Positions 35,906-45,005 of a stretch of DNA of 53,524 nt are shown here, piece after piece (positions within the stretch are counted from its first letter, which is position 1; each line of letters starts with the position of its first letter). The translations under genes and the position numbers were made by a program. The stretch is from a virus (lineage: Duplodnaviria; Caudoviricetes), in the IMG/VR virus record IMGVR_UViG_3300049444_000105, positions 1 through 53,524 of that record; one strand, 5' to 3'. The notes beneath the pieces were generated by a model, which saw nothing but the letters and a program-made list of their open reading frames with translations, was not told the origin of the DNA and made no database searches.

Positions 35906-38900
35906 ATGATGCTGTTCTGCCTCTGGCTGCTCGTGCTGGTCCTCGCGCTCCCCGTCTCCGGGCAGGCGGCGGTGTACTATATTGCGCCGAGTGGCAACGA
36001 CGGTTTTCCGTGCACCGAGGCGCAACCCTGCAAGAGTATCAACAAAGGGCGCAGCATGCTTGGCCCTGGCGACACGCTGTACTTCCTGGGTGGAGTCTAT
36101 AATGATGCCTTTAATATCAATACATCCAACAATTTACCGAGTGGTCCAAATGCAGCGACCCCCACCGTGATTGCTGGAAAACCTGGTGAAGTCGTTACCC
36201 TAACCAATAGCGGTGGCATTAATATTGGCTTTTCTAGCGACCCGTATCATGCCTGTGGACTTCTTCAGCATGTCCTCTTCAAGAACTTTGTGATTGATGG
36301 GGGGACCATATCCACGCAAGGCTGTGGGCAACCTCCCAATATGAGCGTCGGCCCGCATTTTATCCGGTTTGAAGATATTGAAGTCAAGAATAATGGCTCA
36401 GGGGGTGGGGTCGGCAATGGGTACGGAGCCACCGACCTCAGTTATCTCCGCATCCATATCCATCATAATGGCATTGATCGTCTGGATCATGGGTTGTATG
36501 TCGCCGCACCGCGTACTGTCTATGATGGCATCCACACGCACCATAATAGTGGCTCAGGCTTCCAGTTGTTTGACATAGACCCCAACTGCTTTCCGACCTG
36601 TGCCATAGATGTCGTTATTCGCAATAGCTTTTTCCATGAAAATGCCACCTGGACAGGCGCTGGGTCTGATGGTGCAGGATTGACCACGTCAGGGGCACCG
36701 AACCTTCAGGTGTATAACAACATTTTCTGGAATGAACGGTTTTTCGGTCTGGACCTCAAGGCCACCGTGACGAATGCCCAGGTCTACAACAACACCATTG
36801 TCAACGGCGGAGATATTGGCCTCTACCTCAACAATGATATGGTTGGTCTCAATATTCGAAACAATATTATCCATAGTAATCCTGTCAACGTCCGTGTCAA
36901 CACGTACACCGGGTCAACCTTTAACCATAATTTATGTAATAGTACCAATGCTGTCTGTGATATAACCGGCGATCCACACCTGACGAACCCTCCAGGGTGG
37001 GTCTTTAGCTTAGAAGCGAACAGTGCCGCCCGCAATACTGGCACGCCACTTACACTCTTTTCCACCGATTATATAGGGACACATCGTCCGCAAGGCGCAG
37101 GATGGGACATTGGGGCCTATGAGTTTGTCGAGGGTGGGCCACCGCCCCAGACCTGCGGCCCCAACGAAACGGGCACGCCCCCCAACTGTGTGCCAACCTG
37201 TCCGTCGCCTCACCCGAGTTGTCCTCCCGTCACCTGTCCGCCTAATTGTCCACCAGGCGCGGGGGTCAAAGCTTTTCCCACCGCCGAAGGGCTTGGCGCC
37301 GTGGAAACGACAGGGGGACGTGGTGGTGTCGTGATGGAAGTGAAAAACTTGAACGACAGCGGAGCTGAGAGCCTGCGCGCCTGCGCCGAGGCGACTGGAC
37401 CACGGACCTGTGTGTTTCGCGTGGGCGGGGTGATCGAGCTGCAAAGTCCACTGGGGATTTATGAGGCCAATTCTTACCTCACGATTGCCGGCCAGACTGC
37501 CCCAGGGGAAGGCATTACCCTCAAATACTGGCCCGTACAGATATCCTACGGGGCGCATGACGTGATTATTCGCCATCTGCGCCACCGCCAGGCGTATGAC
37601 ATAGTGCCAGAAGACGGCAACAATGCCTGTGGCGCGTTTGTCGTCTATGGGGCTGACTCCCCCTGTCCCTGTCCACCGGGTTTGGGACGCTCTTATCATA
37701 CCTATAACGTCATCCTCGACCACATCTCCGCAGCCTATACCTGTGACGATTCCATGCAAGGGGTGGGGTATGTCAGCAACGTCACGTTTCAGTGGAGCTT
37801 AACGGGGGAGGGGTATGAAGGTTCGCAGGGCGATCCTTTCGGCTCCTCCAAGGGCTATATCGGCCAGGCCAATCAGGCAGAATCGCCGCAGGCCAGTGTC
37901 TCCTATCATCACAATATGATTGTGCACTCCTTCGCCCGCAATCCGGCGGTGAGTCCGTTTGGCCTCTTTGATTATCGCTATAATCTCGTCTATAACTGGC
38001 AAGCCTGCACGGGGAGCGTGAATTTCGGCGACGCCAACGACCATGTTGATACCTCATTACCAGATAACGTCAACTTTGTGGGGAATATCTATCTGGCTGG
38101 CCCCAACACACAGGCTGACTTTACCGGGGCGGGGTGCTGGCTCGGCAACTTGTATAGACATAGCCCGTTGCAAATTTATGTGCAGGACAATGAGACGCCG
38201 TGGTGTGGCGGCAGTGCCTGTGCAGCCAATGCCTGGAATATTGGGTGGGGCACAGATTCTCCGCCCTTTTACGATTATCCTCCCAACGAGGCAGTCTTAC
38301 GCAAAGCCACCCCGCACGCGGCGCCGTCCGTGCCCGCCCTCCCCAGAAACCAACTAGAATCCACGCTGAGCACAAGAGTGGGGGCGACGGTGCCGAAGCG
38401 CGACTCTCTGGATACTCGCATTCTTGGCGAGTTAGCAGCGCGTACCGGCAATATTGGCCGCTTAGGGGCGCCGTTTCCGACCGTTGCTACGTGTAATGGC
38501 ATATCCACCACGCCGCCGTGTACCGCGGCGCCTGCGGACACCGACCATGACGGCATGCCGGATGCGTGGGAAGACGCGCACGGCCTGGACAAGAACAATG
38601 CTGCCGACCGCAACGCTAAGACGACGTTTCCGAACGGCACCGGCAACGGCTATACGAACGTGGAGAACTACCTCAACGAATTGGCTGGGGATGCCATTCC
38701 CACAGGAACACAAGAGGGTCCGACAGGCAATCCTATCTATGTGGCGGCCACGGGCGGGACTCCGACCACCGACTGTGTTGCCGCTGAGAACCAGGCGACA
38801 CCCATACGGACGATTGCTACGGCGATGCTGTGCATGGGCACGGTCCCTGGCAAAATCATGTACATTAAAACAGGCACGTACACCGATTGCATCGATACGT

Positions 38901-39901
38901 CGGCGACGCCCATCAAAGGAGGCAACGGCCCGAGCTACACCGACGCCACCATGATCAGGACCTTTGGCACCGATGCTGTCACCATTAAACCAACCTCCTG
39001 CCCATTGACCGGCGTGGGGGTGTTCTTTCGCAATGGTGCGAACGATAGCTATATTGTCCTTCGCGGCTCTGCCACGAATAAGCTCGTGTTGGATGGAACC
39101 AATGTCGGCAACAATATTGCCTTCTACCCCAACGCCAACCATATCCGTTTTGAGTATGTCGATGTGGTGGCCTCTGCGACCTTTGAAGCCATTTATGCCC
39201 AACAGGCAGCCAACATTGAGTTTGTGGATTCCCTGATCCATGGGGGGGCGACTGACGGGATAGTCTTTATTGATAGCGCGCTCAACTGGTTGTTTGAACG
39301 CACCATGATCTCCAGTCACGGCAGACATGGCATTATTCAGAACTCGGGCACCGTGACGGGACTGACGGTCAAAGAAAGCACGGTGAAGAGTAACCTAGAG
39401 CGAGGGATAGCGATAGGCAACTCCACGGGTGTTACCATCCTGAACAGCCTGATCCATAGCAACGGTGGTATTGGTCTCCATCTGGCGTCCCCTGCGTCTG
39501 GACCCAAGGTGTCGAACAATACGATCGCTGGGAACACCGGCAATGGCTTCCAGTGTGATCTTGGGGTCAGTGGGGCTGAAGTCAAGAATAGTATCGTCTT
39601 CGGGAATACGCCTGGCAACCTGGTCAACACCTGTACCGCTGCGGTGGTGACGAACCTCACCACTGATCCGCTCTTTGTCAATGCGGCGGGAGGCGACTAC
39701 CACCTGGCCGATGGTTCGCCTGGGATCAATGCCGGTACGCCAGATGCAAGCATCACCGTGGACCTGGACGGCAATGTGCGTCCAGACCTCGGGGGTACCA
39801 TTGACATTGGCGCGTATGAGCGCGGACAGGTGCCACCCGATCCTGGCGAGAACATGGCCATATTACAAAGAATCCTACGCTATGCAGGATTTTTCTTTTA
39901 G
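35906..39901 (+). CDS. Multidomain exported protein: beta-helix, PL1-like pectate lyase, beta-helix
   Basis: Signal MMLFCLWLLVLVLALPVSGQA|; AFPTAEG.G..TTGGRGG, TIAGQTAPG, VILDH, RNP, DTDHDGMPDAWE; two DIGAYE ends. Confidence 0.88.
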   Translation: MMLFCLWLLVLVLALPVSGQAAVYYIAPSGNDGFPCTEAQPCKSINKGRSMLGPGDTLYFLGGVYNDAFNINTSNNLPSGPNAATPTVIAGKPGEVVTLTNSGGINIGFSSDPYHACGLLQHVLFKNFVIDGGTISTQGCGQPPNMSVGPHFIRFEDIEVKNNGSGGGVGNGYGATDLSYLRIHIHHNGIDRLDHGLYVAAPRTVYDGIHTHHNSGSGFQLFDIDPNCFPTCAIDVVIRNSFFHENATWTGAGSDGAGLTTSGAPNLQVYNNIFWNERFFGLDLKATVTNAQVYNNTIVNGGDIGLYLNNDMVGLNIRNNIIHSNPVNVRVNTYTGSTFNHNLCNSTNAVCDITGDPHLTNPPGWVFSLEANSAARNTGTPLTLFSTDYIGTHRPQGAGWDIGAYEFVEGGPPPQTCGPNETGTPPNCVPTCPSPHPSCPPVTCPPNCPPGAGVKAFPTAEGLGAVETTGGRGGVVMEVKNLNDSGAESLRACAEATGPRTCVFRVGGVIELQSPLGIYEANSYLTIAGQTAPGEGITLKYWPVQISYGAHDVIIRHLRHRQAYDIVPEDGNNACGAFVVYGADSPCPCPPGLGRSYHTYNVILDHISAAYTCDDSMQGVGYVSNVTFQWSLTGEGYEGSQGDPFGSSKGYIGQANQAESPQASVSYHHNMIVHSFARNPAVSPFGLFDYRYNLVYNWQACTGSVNFGDANDHVDTSLPDNVNFVGNIYLAGPNTQADFTGAGCWLGNLYRHSPLQIYVQDNETPWCGGSACAANAWNIGWGTDSPPFYDYPPNEAVLRKATPHAAPSVPALPRNQLESTLSTRVGATVPKRDSLDTRILGELAARTGNIGRLGAPFPTVATCNGISTTPPCTAAPADTDHDGMPDAWEDAHGLDKNNAADRNAKTTFPNGTGNGYTNVENYLNELAGDAIPTGTQEGPTGNPIYVAATGGTPTTDCVAAENQATPIRTIATAMLCMGTVPGKIMYIKTGTYTDCIDTSATPIKGGNGPSYTDATMIRTFGTDAVTIKPTSCPLTGVGVFFRNGANDSYIVLRGSATNKLVLDGTNVGNNIAFYPNANHIRFEYVDVVASATFEAIYAQQAANIEFVDSLIHGGATDGIVFIDSALNWLFERTMISSHGRHGIIQNSGTVTGLTVKESTVKSNLERGIAIGNSTGVTILNSLIHSNGGIGLHLASPASGPKVSNNTIAGNTGNGFQCDLGVSGAEVKNSIVFGNTPGNLVNTCTAAVVTNLTTDPLFVNAAGGDYHLADGSPGINAGTPDASITVDLDGNVRPDLGGTIDIGAYERGQVPPDPGENMAILQRILRYAGFFF

Positions 39902-39911
39902 GAGCATGAGC

Positions 39912-42170
39912 ATGACCCACCTCGTCGCTAGCCTTCTCGCCATGGTGCTCTGTCTCTGCAGCATGACGCTGCGACCCGTCGCAGCCGAGCCCAAAGCGTT
40001 CCCTAGCGCAGAAGGATTCGGAGCCCTGGAGACAAAAGGGGGAAGGGGTGGGAGAGTTATAAAGGTAACAAACTTGAACGACAGTGGAGCTGGCAGTCTG
40101 AGGGCGTGTGCGGAAGCCACTGGACCACGCTATTGCCTCTTTGAGGTCGGCGGGGTTATTACGCTCAACAGTCCCCTCCAGATTGCGGCGGCCAACTCCT
40201 ACCTCACCATCGCCGGGCAGACGGCGCCGGGCGACGGCATTACCCTCAAGTGGGGTCCGGTCATCATTGCCTACGGCGCGCATGATGTGATTATTCGCCA
40301 TCTGCGCCACCGCCAAGCCTACGATGACGTCTCACAGGCCACCAATAGCTCGTGTGGCGGCTTCATGGTCTATGGGCCTTTTGATGCCAGTTCCGGGAAG
40401 TCCCTGCACGTCTCCAACGTCATCCTCGATCACGTCTCCGTGGCGTATGCCTGCGATGACTCGGTGCAGGGTGTCGGCTATGTGACGGGCGTCACGGTGC
40501 AGTGGAGCCTCATCGGGGAAGGCTACGAAGGCAGCAAGGGCGATCCCTATGGTAGCTCGAAGGGCTATATCGGCCAGGCCAACCAGCCAGAATCGCCGCA
40601 GGCCCAGGTCGCCTTTCACCACAATCTCATCATCAATAGCGCCAGTCGCAATCCTGCCGTCAGCCCCTTTGGCCTGTTTGACTATCGCTACAACCTGGTC
40701 CATAACTGGTCGGCGTGCACGGGCAGCGTGAATTTTGGCGACGCCAACGACCATGTGCCCACGCACCTGCCCGACAATATCAACTTTGTGGGCAATATCT
40801 ACCTCGCCGGTCCCGATACGCAGCAGGACTTCACGGGAGCAGGGTGCTGGCTGGGGGCCTTCTACGACAATAGCCCGCTACAAATCTATGTGAGGGACAA
40901 TGAGACGCCGTGGTGTGGCGGCAGCGCCTGTGCGGCCAACGCCTGGAATCTCGGCTGGGGACGGATTTCCCCGACGCACGGCGATGCCTACCCGGCGCCC
41001 GAGTCCCCGTTTCGCAAAGCGACGCCGCATCCCGCGCCAGCCGTGACGGCCACGCCGCGGGCAAGCCTGGAAGCGACGCTGACGGCCAGCGCTGGCGCGA
41101 CGGTGCCCAAGCGCGATAGCCTAGATACTCGGCTACTGGAGGAGCTGCGTCAGCGTACGACTGGGAGCGTGGGACGCCGGGGGGCACCGTTTCCCACCAT
41201 CGCCACGGCCACCGCGCCCCTGGCCGACAAGGACACCGACAAGGACGGCATGCCCGATGCCTGGGAAGTGGCGCAGGGGCTCAAGCCGAACGATGCGAGC
41301 GATGGGCCAAAAATGGCGCGCAACGGCTACACCAACCTGGAAAACTACCTCAATGCGCTGGCAGGAGACACGATACCTGGTGATGAAGGCCCTGGTCCTG
41401 GGCCGGGGCCAACACCGCCAGAGCCGCCTATTGTGACGCCTGTACCCCCGAGTGGAAATGACGTCTACGTCGCCAAAAATGGCGCAGACAGTAACGATTG
41501 TCCTCGAGCAGAATCGCCCGACACGCCCAAGCTCACCATCGGCTCTGCCCTGACCTGCCTGACAACGCCCGGCAAGCATCTCATCATCAAGGCAGGCGTG
41601 TACACGGAGGCCATCGACACGCAGCAGCAACCGCTGACTGGGGGCACGTCCTGGGAGCAGCCGACGACCATCGAAACGTACCAGAATGATGCCGTCACCA
41701 TCCAACTGCCTGAAGGTGGCGAGATCGCCTTTCGCCTGCGTAACGGTGCCAAAGACCAGTACCTGCTCATCCGGGGGTCCGTCGCGCAGCCGCTCGTCAT
41801 TGACGCGGCGCAGCGGCCAGGCAGCAGTGGCGTCCAGCTTGAAGGCGTGCAGCACATCCGCCTGGAGCAAGTCGAGGTGCGCAACACGGTCTACGAGGCG
41901 GTCTACGCCACGGGCACGAACGATATTACCTGGAGCGACGCTTTCCTCCACCATGCCGGGTACGTGGGGCTCCTCTTCGATGGCACCAACGCCAACTGGA
42001 CGCTGGAGCGCGTGTCGATAACGAGCAATGGGTGGCATGGGATCCTGCACAAGAGCGGGGCTGTGGAGAAGCTGGTGATCAAGGAATCTACGATCAAGCA
42101 TAACGCCAGTCCTGGCATGACTCTCGGGGCGTCCACAGGCGTGCAGGTGCTCAACAGCGTTATCCAATAG
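39912..42170 (+). CDS. Second PL1-like pectate lyase plus C-terminally truncated beta-helix, with signal peptide
   Basis: AGGAG RBS; HLVASLLAMVLCLCSMTLRPVAA|; AFPSAEGFG...GGRGG; close paralog of 37268-39460. Confidence 0.85.
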   Translation: MTHLVASLLAMVLCLCSMTLRPVAAEPKAFPSAEGFGALETKGGRGGRVIKVTNLNDSGAGSLRACAEATGPRYCLFEVGGVITLNSPLQIAAANSYLTIAGQTAPGDGITLKWGPVIIAYGAHDVIIRHLRHRQAYDDVSQATNSSCGGFMVYGPFDASSGKSLHVSNVILDHVSVAYACDDSVQGVGYVTGVTVQWSLIGEGYEGSKGDPYGSSKGYIGQANQPESPQAQVAFHHNLIINSASRNPAVSPFGLFDYRYNLVHNWSACTGSVNFGDANDHVPTHLPDNINFVGNIYLAGPDTQQDFTGAGCWLGAFYDNSPLQIYVRDNETPWCGGSACAANAWNLGWGRISPTHGDAYPAPESPFRKATPHPAPAVTATPRASLEATLTASAGATVPKRDSLDTRLLEELRQRTTGSVGRRGAPFPTIATATAPLADKDTDKDGMPDAWEVAQGLKPNDASDGPKMARNGYTNLENYLNALAGDTIPGDEGPGPGPGPTPPEPPIVTPVPPSGNDVYVAKNGADSNDCPRAESPDTPKLTIGSALTCLTTPGKHLIIKAGVYTEAIDTQQQPLTGGTSWEQPTTIETYQNDAVTIQLPEGGEIAFRLRNGAKDQYLLIRGSVAQPLVIDAAQRPGSSGVQLEGVQHIRLEQVEVRNTVYEAVYATGTNDITWSDAFLHHAGYVGLLFDGTNANWTLERVSITSNGWHGILHKSGAVEKLVIKESTIKHNASPGMTLGASTGVQVLNSVIQ

Positions 42171-42185
42171 CATGAGGGGCGAGTA

Positions 42186-42593
42186 GTGCCTGATGAGGTG
42201 CAGGGGAGTGTCACCGGCGGCAATGGCAAGGTCGAACTCAAAGTCGGTGATAAGAGTCTCGGCATCGGCGGCAAAGATATTGTCCTCATCATTTTCATCA
42301 TTCTCGTGGGGGCGATGTCCTACGTGCGCACGCTTACCCTCGACCGCGGCATGACGGAGCTGAAGACGGGGCAAGTTACGCTTGCCGCCGAGATGCATAA
42401 GCAAAACGATCTTGTTGCGTCGCAAACCGCCGAACTCAGAGCCGACATGGAAAAGCAGAACGTGCTCCTCAACACCAATAACACTACGCTCAAGCAGATG
42501 CTGCTGCGCCACGATTACAACATGAGCCATGAGGCGGAGCAACACCTGCCGTTGGATCTGACCGCGCCCCTGCCCACAGAACGAGGACGCTAG
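42186..42593 (+). CDS. Single-TM plus coiled-coil protein, putative holin/antiholin
   Basis: IVLIIFIILVGAM TM segment; directly upstream of the endolysin. Confidence 0.55.
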   Translation: MPDEVQGSVTGGNGKVELKVGDKSLGIGGKDIVLIIFIILVGAMSYVRTLTLDRGMTELKTGQVTLAAEMHKQNDLVASQTAELRADMEKQNVLLNTNNTTLKQMLLRHDYNMSHEAEQHLPLDLTAPLPTERGR

Positions 42594-42595
42594 CT

Positions 42596-43096
42596 ATGCC
42601 TATCTCCGACGCCGGTATTGCCTTCTTACGCGAACTAGAGGGCACCAGGAGCCATATGTACCATGATAGCGGGGGGCTGCCCACCATTGGGGTGGGCCAC
42701 CTGCTCACCAAAGATGAAGTGCGCTCTGGTAAGGTCCTCATCGGGGGCGAGTCCATCCACTGGCGCGACGGCCTCACCGAGGCCCAGATTGAGACGCTCT
42801 TGCGGCAGGACCTCGCCGCCCTGGCAGAGCCCCTCCAGCATATTGAGACCGCGCTCCCGGTCATCCTCACCCAGCAGCAACGGGACAGTTTGGCCTGTTT
42901 TATTTTCAACGTTGGGCCGACAGCGTTCCTGAAGTCCACCCTCTGTAAACGGCTACAAACAGGGGATCTCGACGCGGTACCAGCCCAGATGCGGCGATGG
43001 TTCTATAGCGCAGGCAAACGGGACCCAGGACTCGTCAACCGGCGTGAACGCGAAATCGCGCTGTGGGAAGGCGGCAGCGGGTCAGCGCTGGCGTAA
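42596..43096 (+). CDS. Endolysin, GH24 lysozyme
   Basis: LEG....Y.DSGGLPTIGVGH, F.FNVG, STL, GLVNRR.RE. Confidence 0.93.
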   Translation: MPISDAGIAFLRELEGTRSHMYHDSGGLPTIGVGHLLTKDEVRSGKVLIGGESIHWRDGLTEAQIETLLRQDLAALAEPLQHIETALPVILTQQQRDSLACFIFNVGPTAFLKSTLCKRLQTGDLDAVPAQMRRWFYSAGKRDPGLVNRREREIALWEGGSGSALA

Positions 43097-43104
43097 GGAA
43101 GCCT

Positions 43105-43266
43105 ATGTTACTGATTTTACTTGTCCTGTTAATTTTGCTCGCTATCGGGGGAATTCCTGCGGCTCCCTGGGGTGCATGGCATTCTTACGGCTATTATCCT
43201 TCGGGTATCGTTACGGTCATTGTAGTGTGCTTGTTGATTTACCTGTTGCTTGGCCATCGGCTCTAG
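43105..43266 (+). CDS. DUF3309-like small membrane protein
   Basis: MLLILLVLLILLAIGG.P...HSYGYYPSG......LLIYLLLG. Confidence 0.7.
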   Translation: MLLILLVLLILLAIGGIPAAPWGAWHSYGYYPSGIVTVIVVCLLIYLLLGHRL

Positions 43267-43431
43267 GCTATGCTGGCCGCTGTGCACCTTGCGAGTGTGG
43301 TGTCAGAGTAGGTCGTGCGCGGCCCTAGTGGCTGGCGTCCTTCATCGGGGCGGCAGCGTGGTGCAAGTCCACGCCGCGTGCATCTCACTGCCAAGGCCCC
43401 GGCTATTCCCCTTTCACCCAAGGAGCATCCT

Positions 43432-43629
43432 GTGGGCGAACCACAACGACCTGACGATGAAGACAAAGAACATCCTCACGGCGGAGCCCCCGGCCAGACT
43501 GGCCAGCATCCCGTCCATCCTAGGGGCGGGCCTCCAGGGCAGGATAAGCCTGACGAGGAAGACGACCCTGTGCCCAGTCATCCTATCGTGATCCCCGAAG
43601 AACCAGACGAGGAAGAGAGCCCCGCGTAG
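43432..43629 (+). CDS. Small Pro/acidic disordered protein
   Basis: AAGGAG RBS plus GTG. Confidence 0.45.
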   Translation: MGEPQRPDDEDKEHPHGGAPGQTGQHPVHPRGGPPGQDKPDEEDDPVPSHPIVIPEEPDEEESPA

Positions 43630-43638
43630 TCCGTCTCC

Positions 43639-43839
43639 TTATGGCGTGCTGTCCTCACGATCTGGGGTCAGCCGCGCCAATCCCCACACCAGCCCCACGA
43701 TCAGTCCCCCGGTGCCGAGCCAGAGCCCGCCCCACCACAAGAGCACCGTCCAGGTCCAGCCGGCGAGCAGCACCACGCCCAGTTGCAGCACGCCCACGAG
43801 CAGCGCCAGCAGTCAGGAGGGGGCGAGATGGTTAGCCAT
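43639..43839 (-). pseudogene. Two-TM membrane protein gene interrupted by an in-frame TGA
   Basis: AAGGAG RBS; MANHLAPS*LLALLVGVLQLGVVLLAGWTW...; TGA at 43815-43813. Confidence 0.55.
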
Positions 43840-44020
43840 GGGGGTCTCCTTGGCGCATCAGCCACTGGCTGGGCAGCACGGCCAGGTACGCCTCGACCAC
43901 GTCGGCGTAGCCTTCCGTGAGCAGAAAATCCAGCAGTAAGGCATCCGCGAGTGCCTGGATCGAGCCTTCGTCCATCGCGAAGAGCGCCGCGAGGGCCTCG
44001 AGAAGCTGCTGGCGCGTCAT
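43832..44020 (-). CDS. Small hypothetical protein
   Basis: GAAGGAG RBS, ATGA coupling. Confidence 0.6.
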   Translation of the reverse strand: MTRQQLLEALAALFAMDEGSIQALADALLLDFLLTEGYADVVEAYLAVLPSQWLMRQGDPHG

Positions 44021-44937
44021 ACCGCGTCTCCTTCTTCCGCCGCCGCCCAGATGGCCATGAGCCGTTCCAAGAGCACCGGATCGCGGTACGGCAGGCTGCG
44101 GCGTACATAGTGCTGCCCCACCGCCTCCCGCACGCTGGGGCGTCCCGCCGCACGCAGGTGGGACATCCGCTGCCGGGCTTCCGTCTCCTGCCCACGCTCC
44201 CAGAGGGCCACCACCAGGTACGTGCCGCTCGGGCGGTGCTGCGGGTTACTGGCCACCGCCGCCCGCAGCCACAGCTCCGCCTGCGCCCAGTGCGCCTGGG
44301 CCTCATCGCCAGCCGTCAGCAGCCCCCAGACACCGCAGGCATGCCCGAGATAATAGGGCAGGTGATAGGTGTGGAGGAGGGCCGCGAGACCTGCCTGCGG
44401 CGCGGGGAGGAGATGCGCCAGGGCCTGTGCCGGCTCTCCGCCATAGGTGAGGGCATGCGCCCAGAGGGTCTCGGCGCCGACCGCGTGGGGGTCATAGGTT
44501 AGCGCCTCCTGGGCACTGGCGATAGCCGAGGCGTGCGCGTGCGCAATATAGAGCTGCACCCAGCCGAGTTGTTCTAAGGCTATGGAAAGCACAGCGGCTG
44601 GTGTGGGAGGCTGTCGGGCCAGCCGGACCGCTTCCGTGGCATCCTGGAGGGCGAGAGCCTCTGACTGCGCGCGGTCGGCGGTCCAGGCGAGGTTGCCGTC
44701 TTGGCGGTGCGTCGCCGCGCGCATGGCGCGGGCCGCGATATGGCTCGGGTCCGCCTGCAACACCTGGGTAAAGCAGACGCGGGCGTGCGCATTGGCCCTG
44801 GCGGTCGACAGCCGATAGGCTGCCAGGCCCGCCTCATACAGCGCGAGGGGGGAGGCGGCGGCGGTCGAGTGGCTGAGGGGCAGGAGCGGCAGCAGCGTCG
44901 CCCCCGCCGCCTTCTGGAGCAGGTCACGTCGAGTCAT
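44017..44937 (-). CDS. TPR-repeat protein with twin-arginine (Tat)-like signal
   Basis: MTRRDLLQKAAGATLLPLLPLSHSTAAA; TPR-like helices (VLQADP, ALTYDP, AVASNP). Confidence 0.75.
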   Translation of the reverse strand: MTRRDLLQKAAGATLLPLLPLSHSTAAASPLALYEAGLAAYRLSTARANAHARVCFTQVLQADPSHIAARAMRAATHRQDGNLAWTADRAQSEALALQDATEAVRLARQPPTPAAVLSIALEQLGWVQLYIAHAHASAIASAQEALTYDPHAVGAETLWAHALTYGGEPAQALAHLLPAPQAGLAALLHTYHLPYYLGHACGVWGLLTAGDEAQAHWAQAELWLRAAVASNPQHRPSGTYLVVALWERGQETEARQRMSHLRAAGRPSVREAVGQHYVRRSLPYRDPVLLERLMAIWAAAEEGDAV

Positions 44938-45005
44938 TATGTTCCCTTTCTTGCGACTCCAGCGTGGGCGTTAGAGTTGCCATGCCGTGGCCTTGCACGG
45001 GGCCC

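Noticed and set aside
37268-42170. Diversity-generating retroelement TR/VR pair
   Set aside because: No reverse transcriptase seen; differences are not adenine-specific and span kilobases, as expected for a gene duplication
29920-42545. Long minus-strand ORFs (29920-31446, 32825-34573, 35076-35894, 41133-42545)
   Set aside because: Antisense shadows of GC-rich genes: Arg/Gly-rich with no motifs, while the plus strand has clear domains
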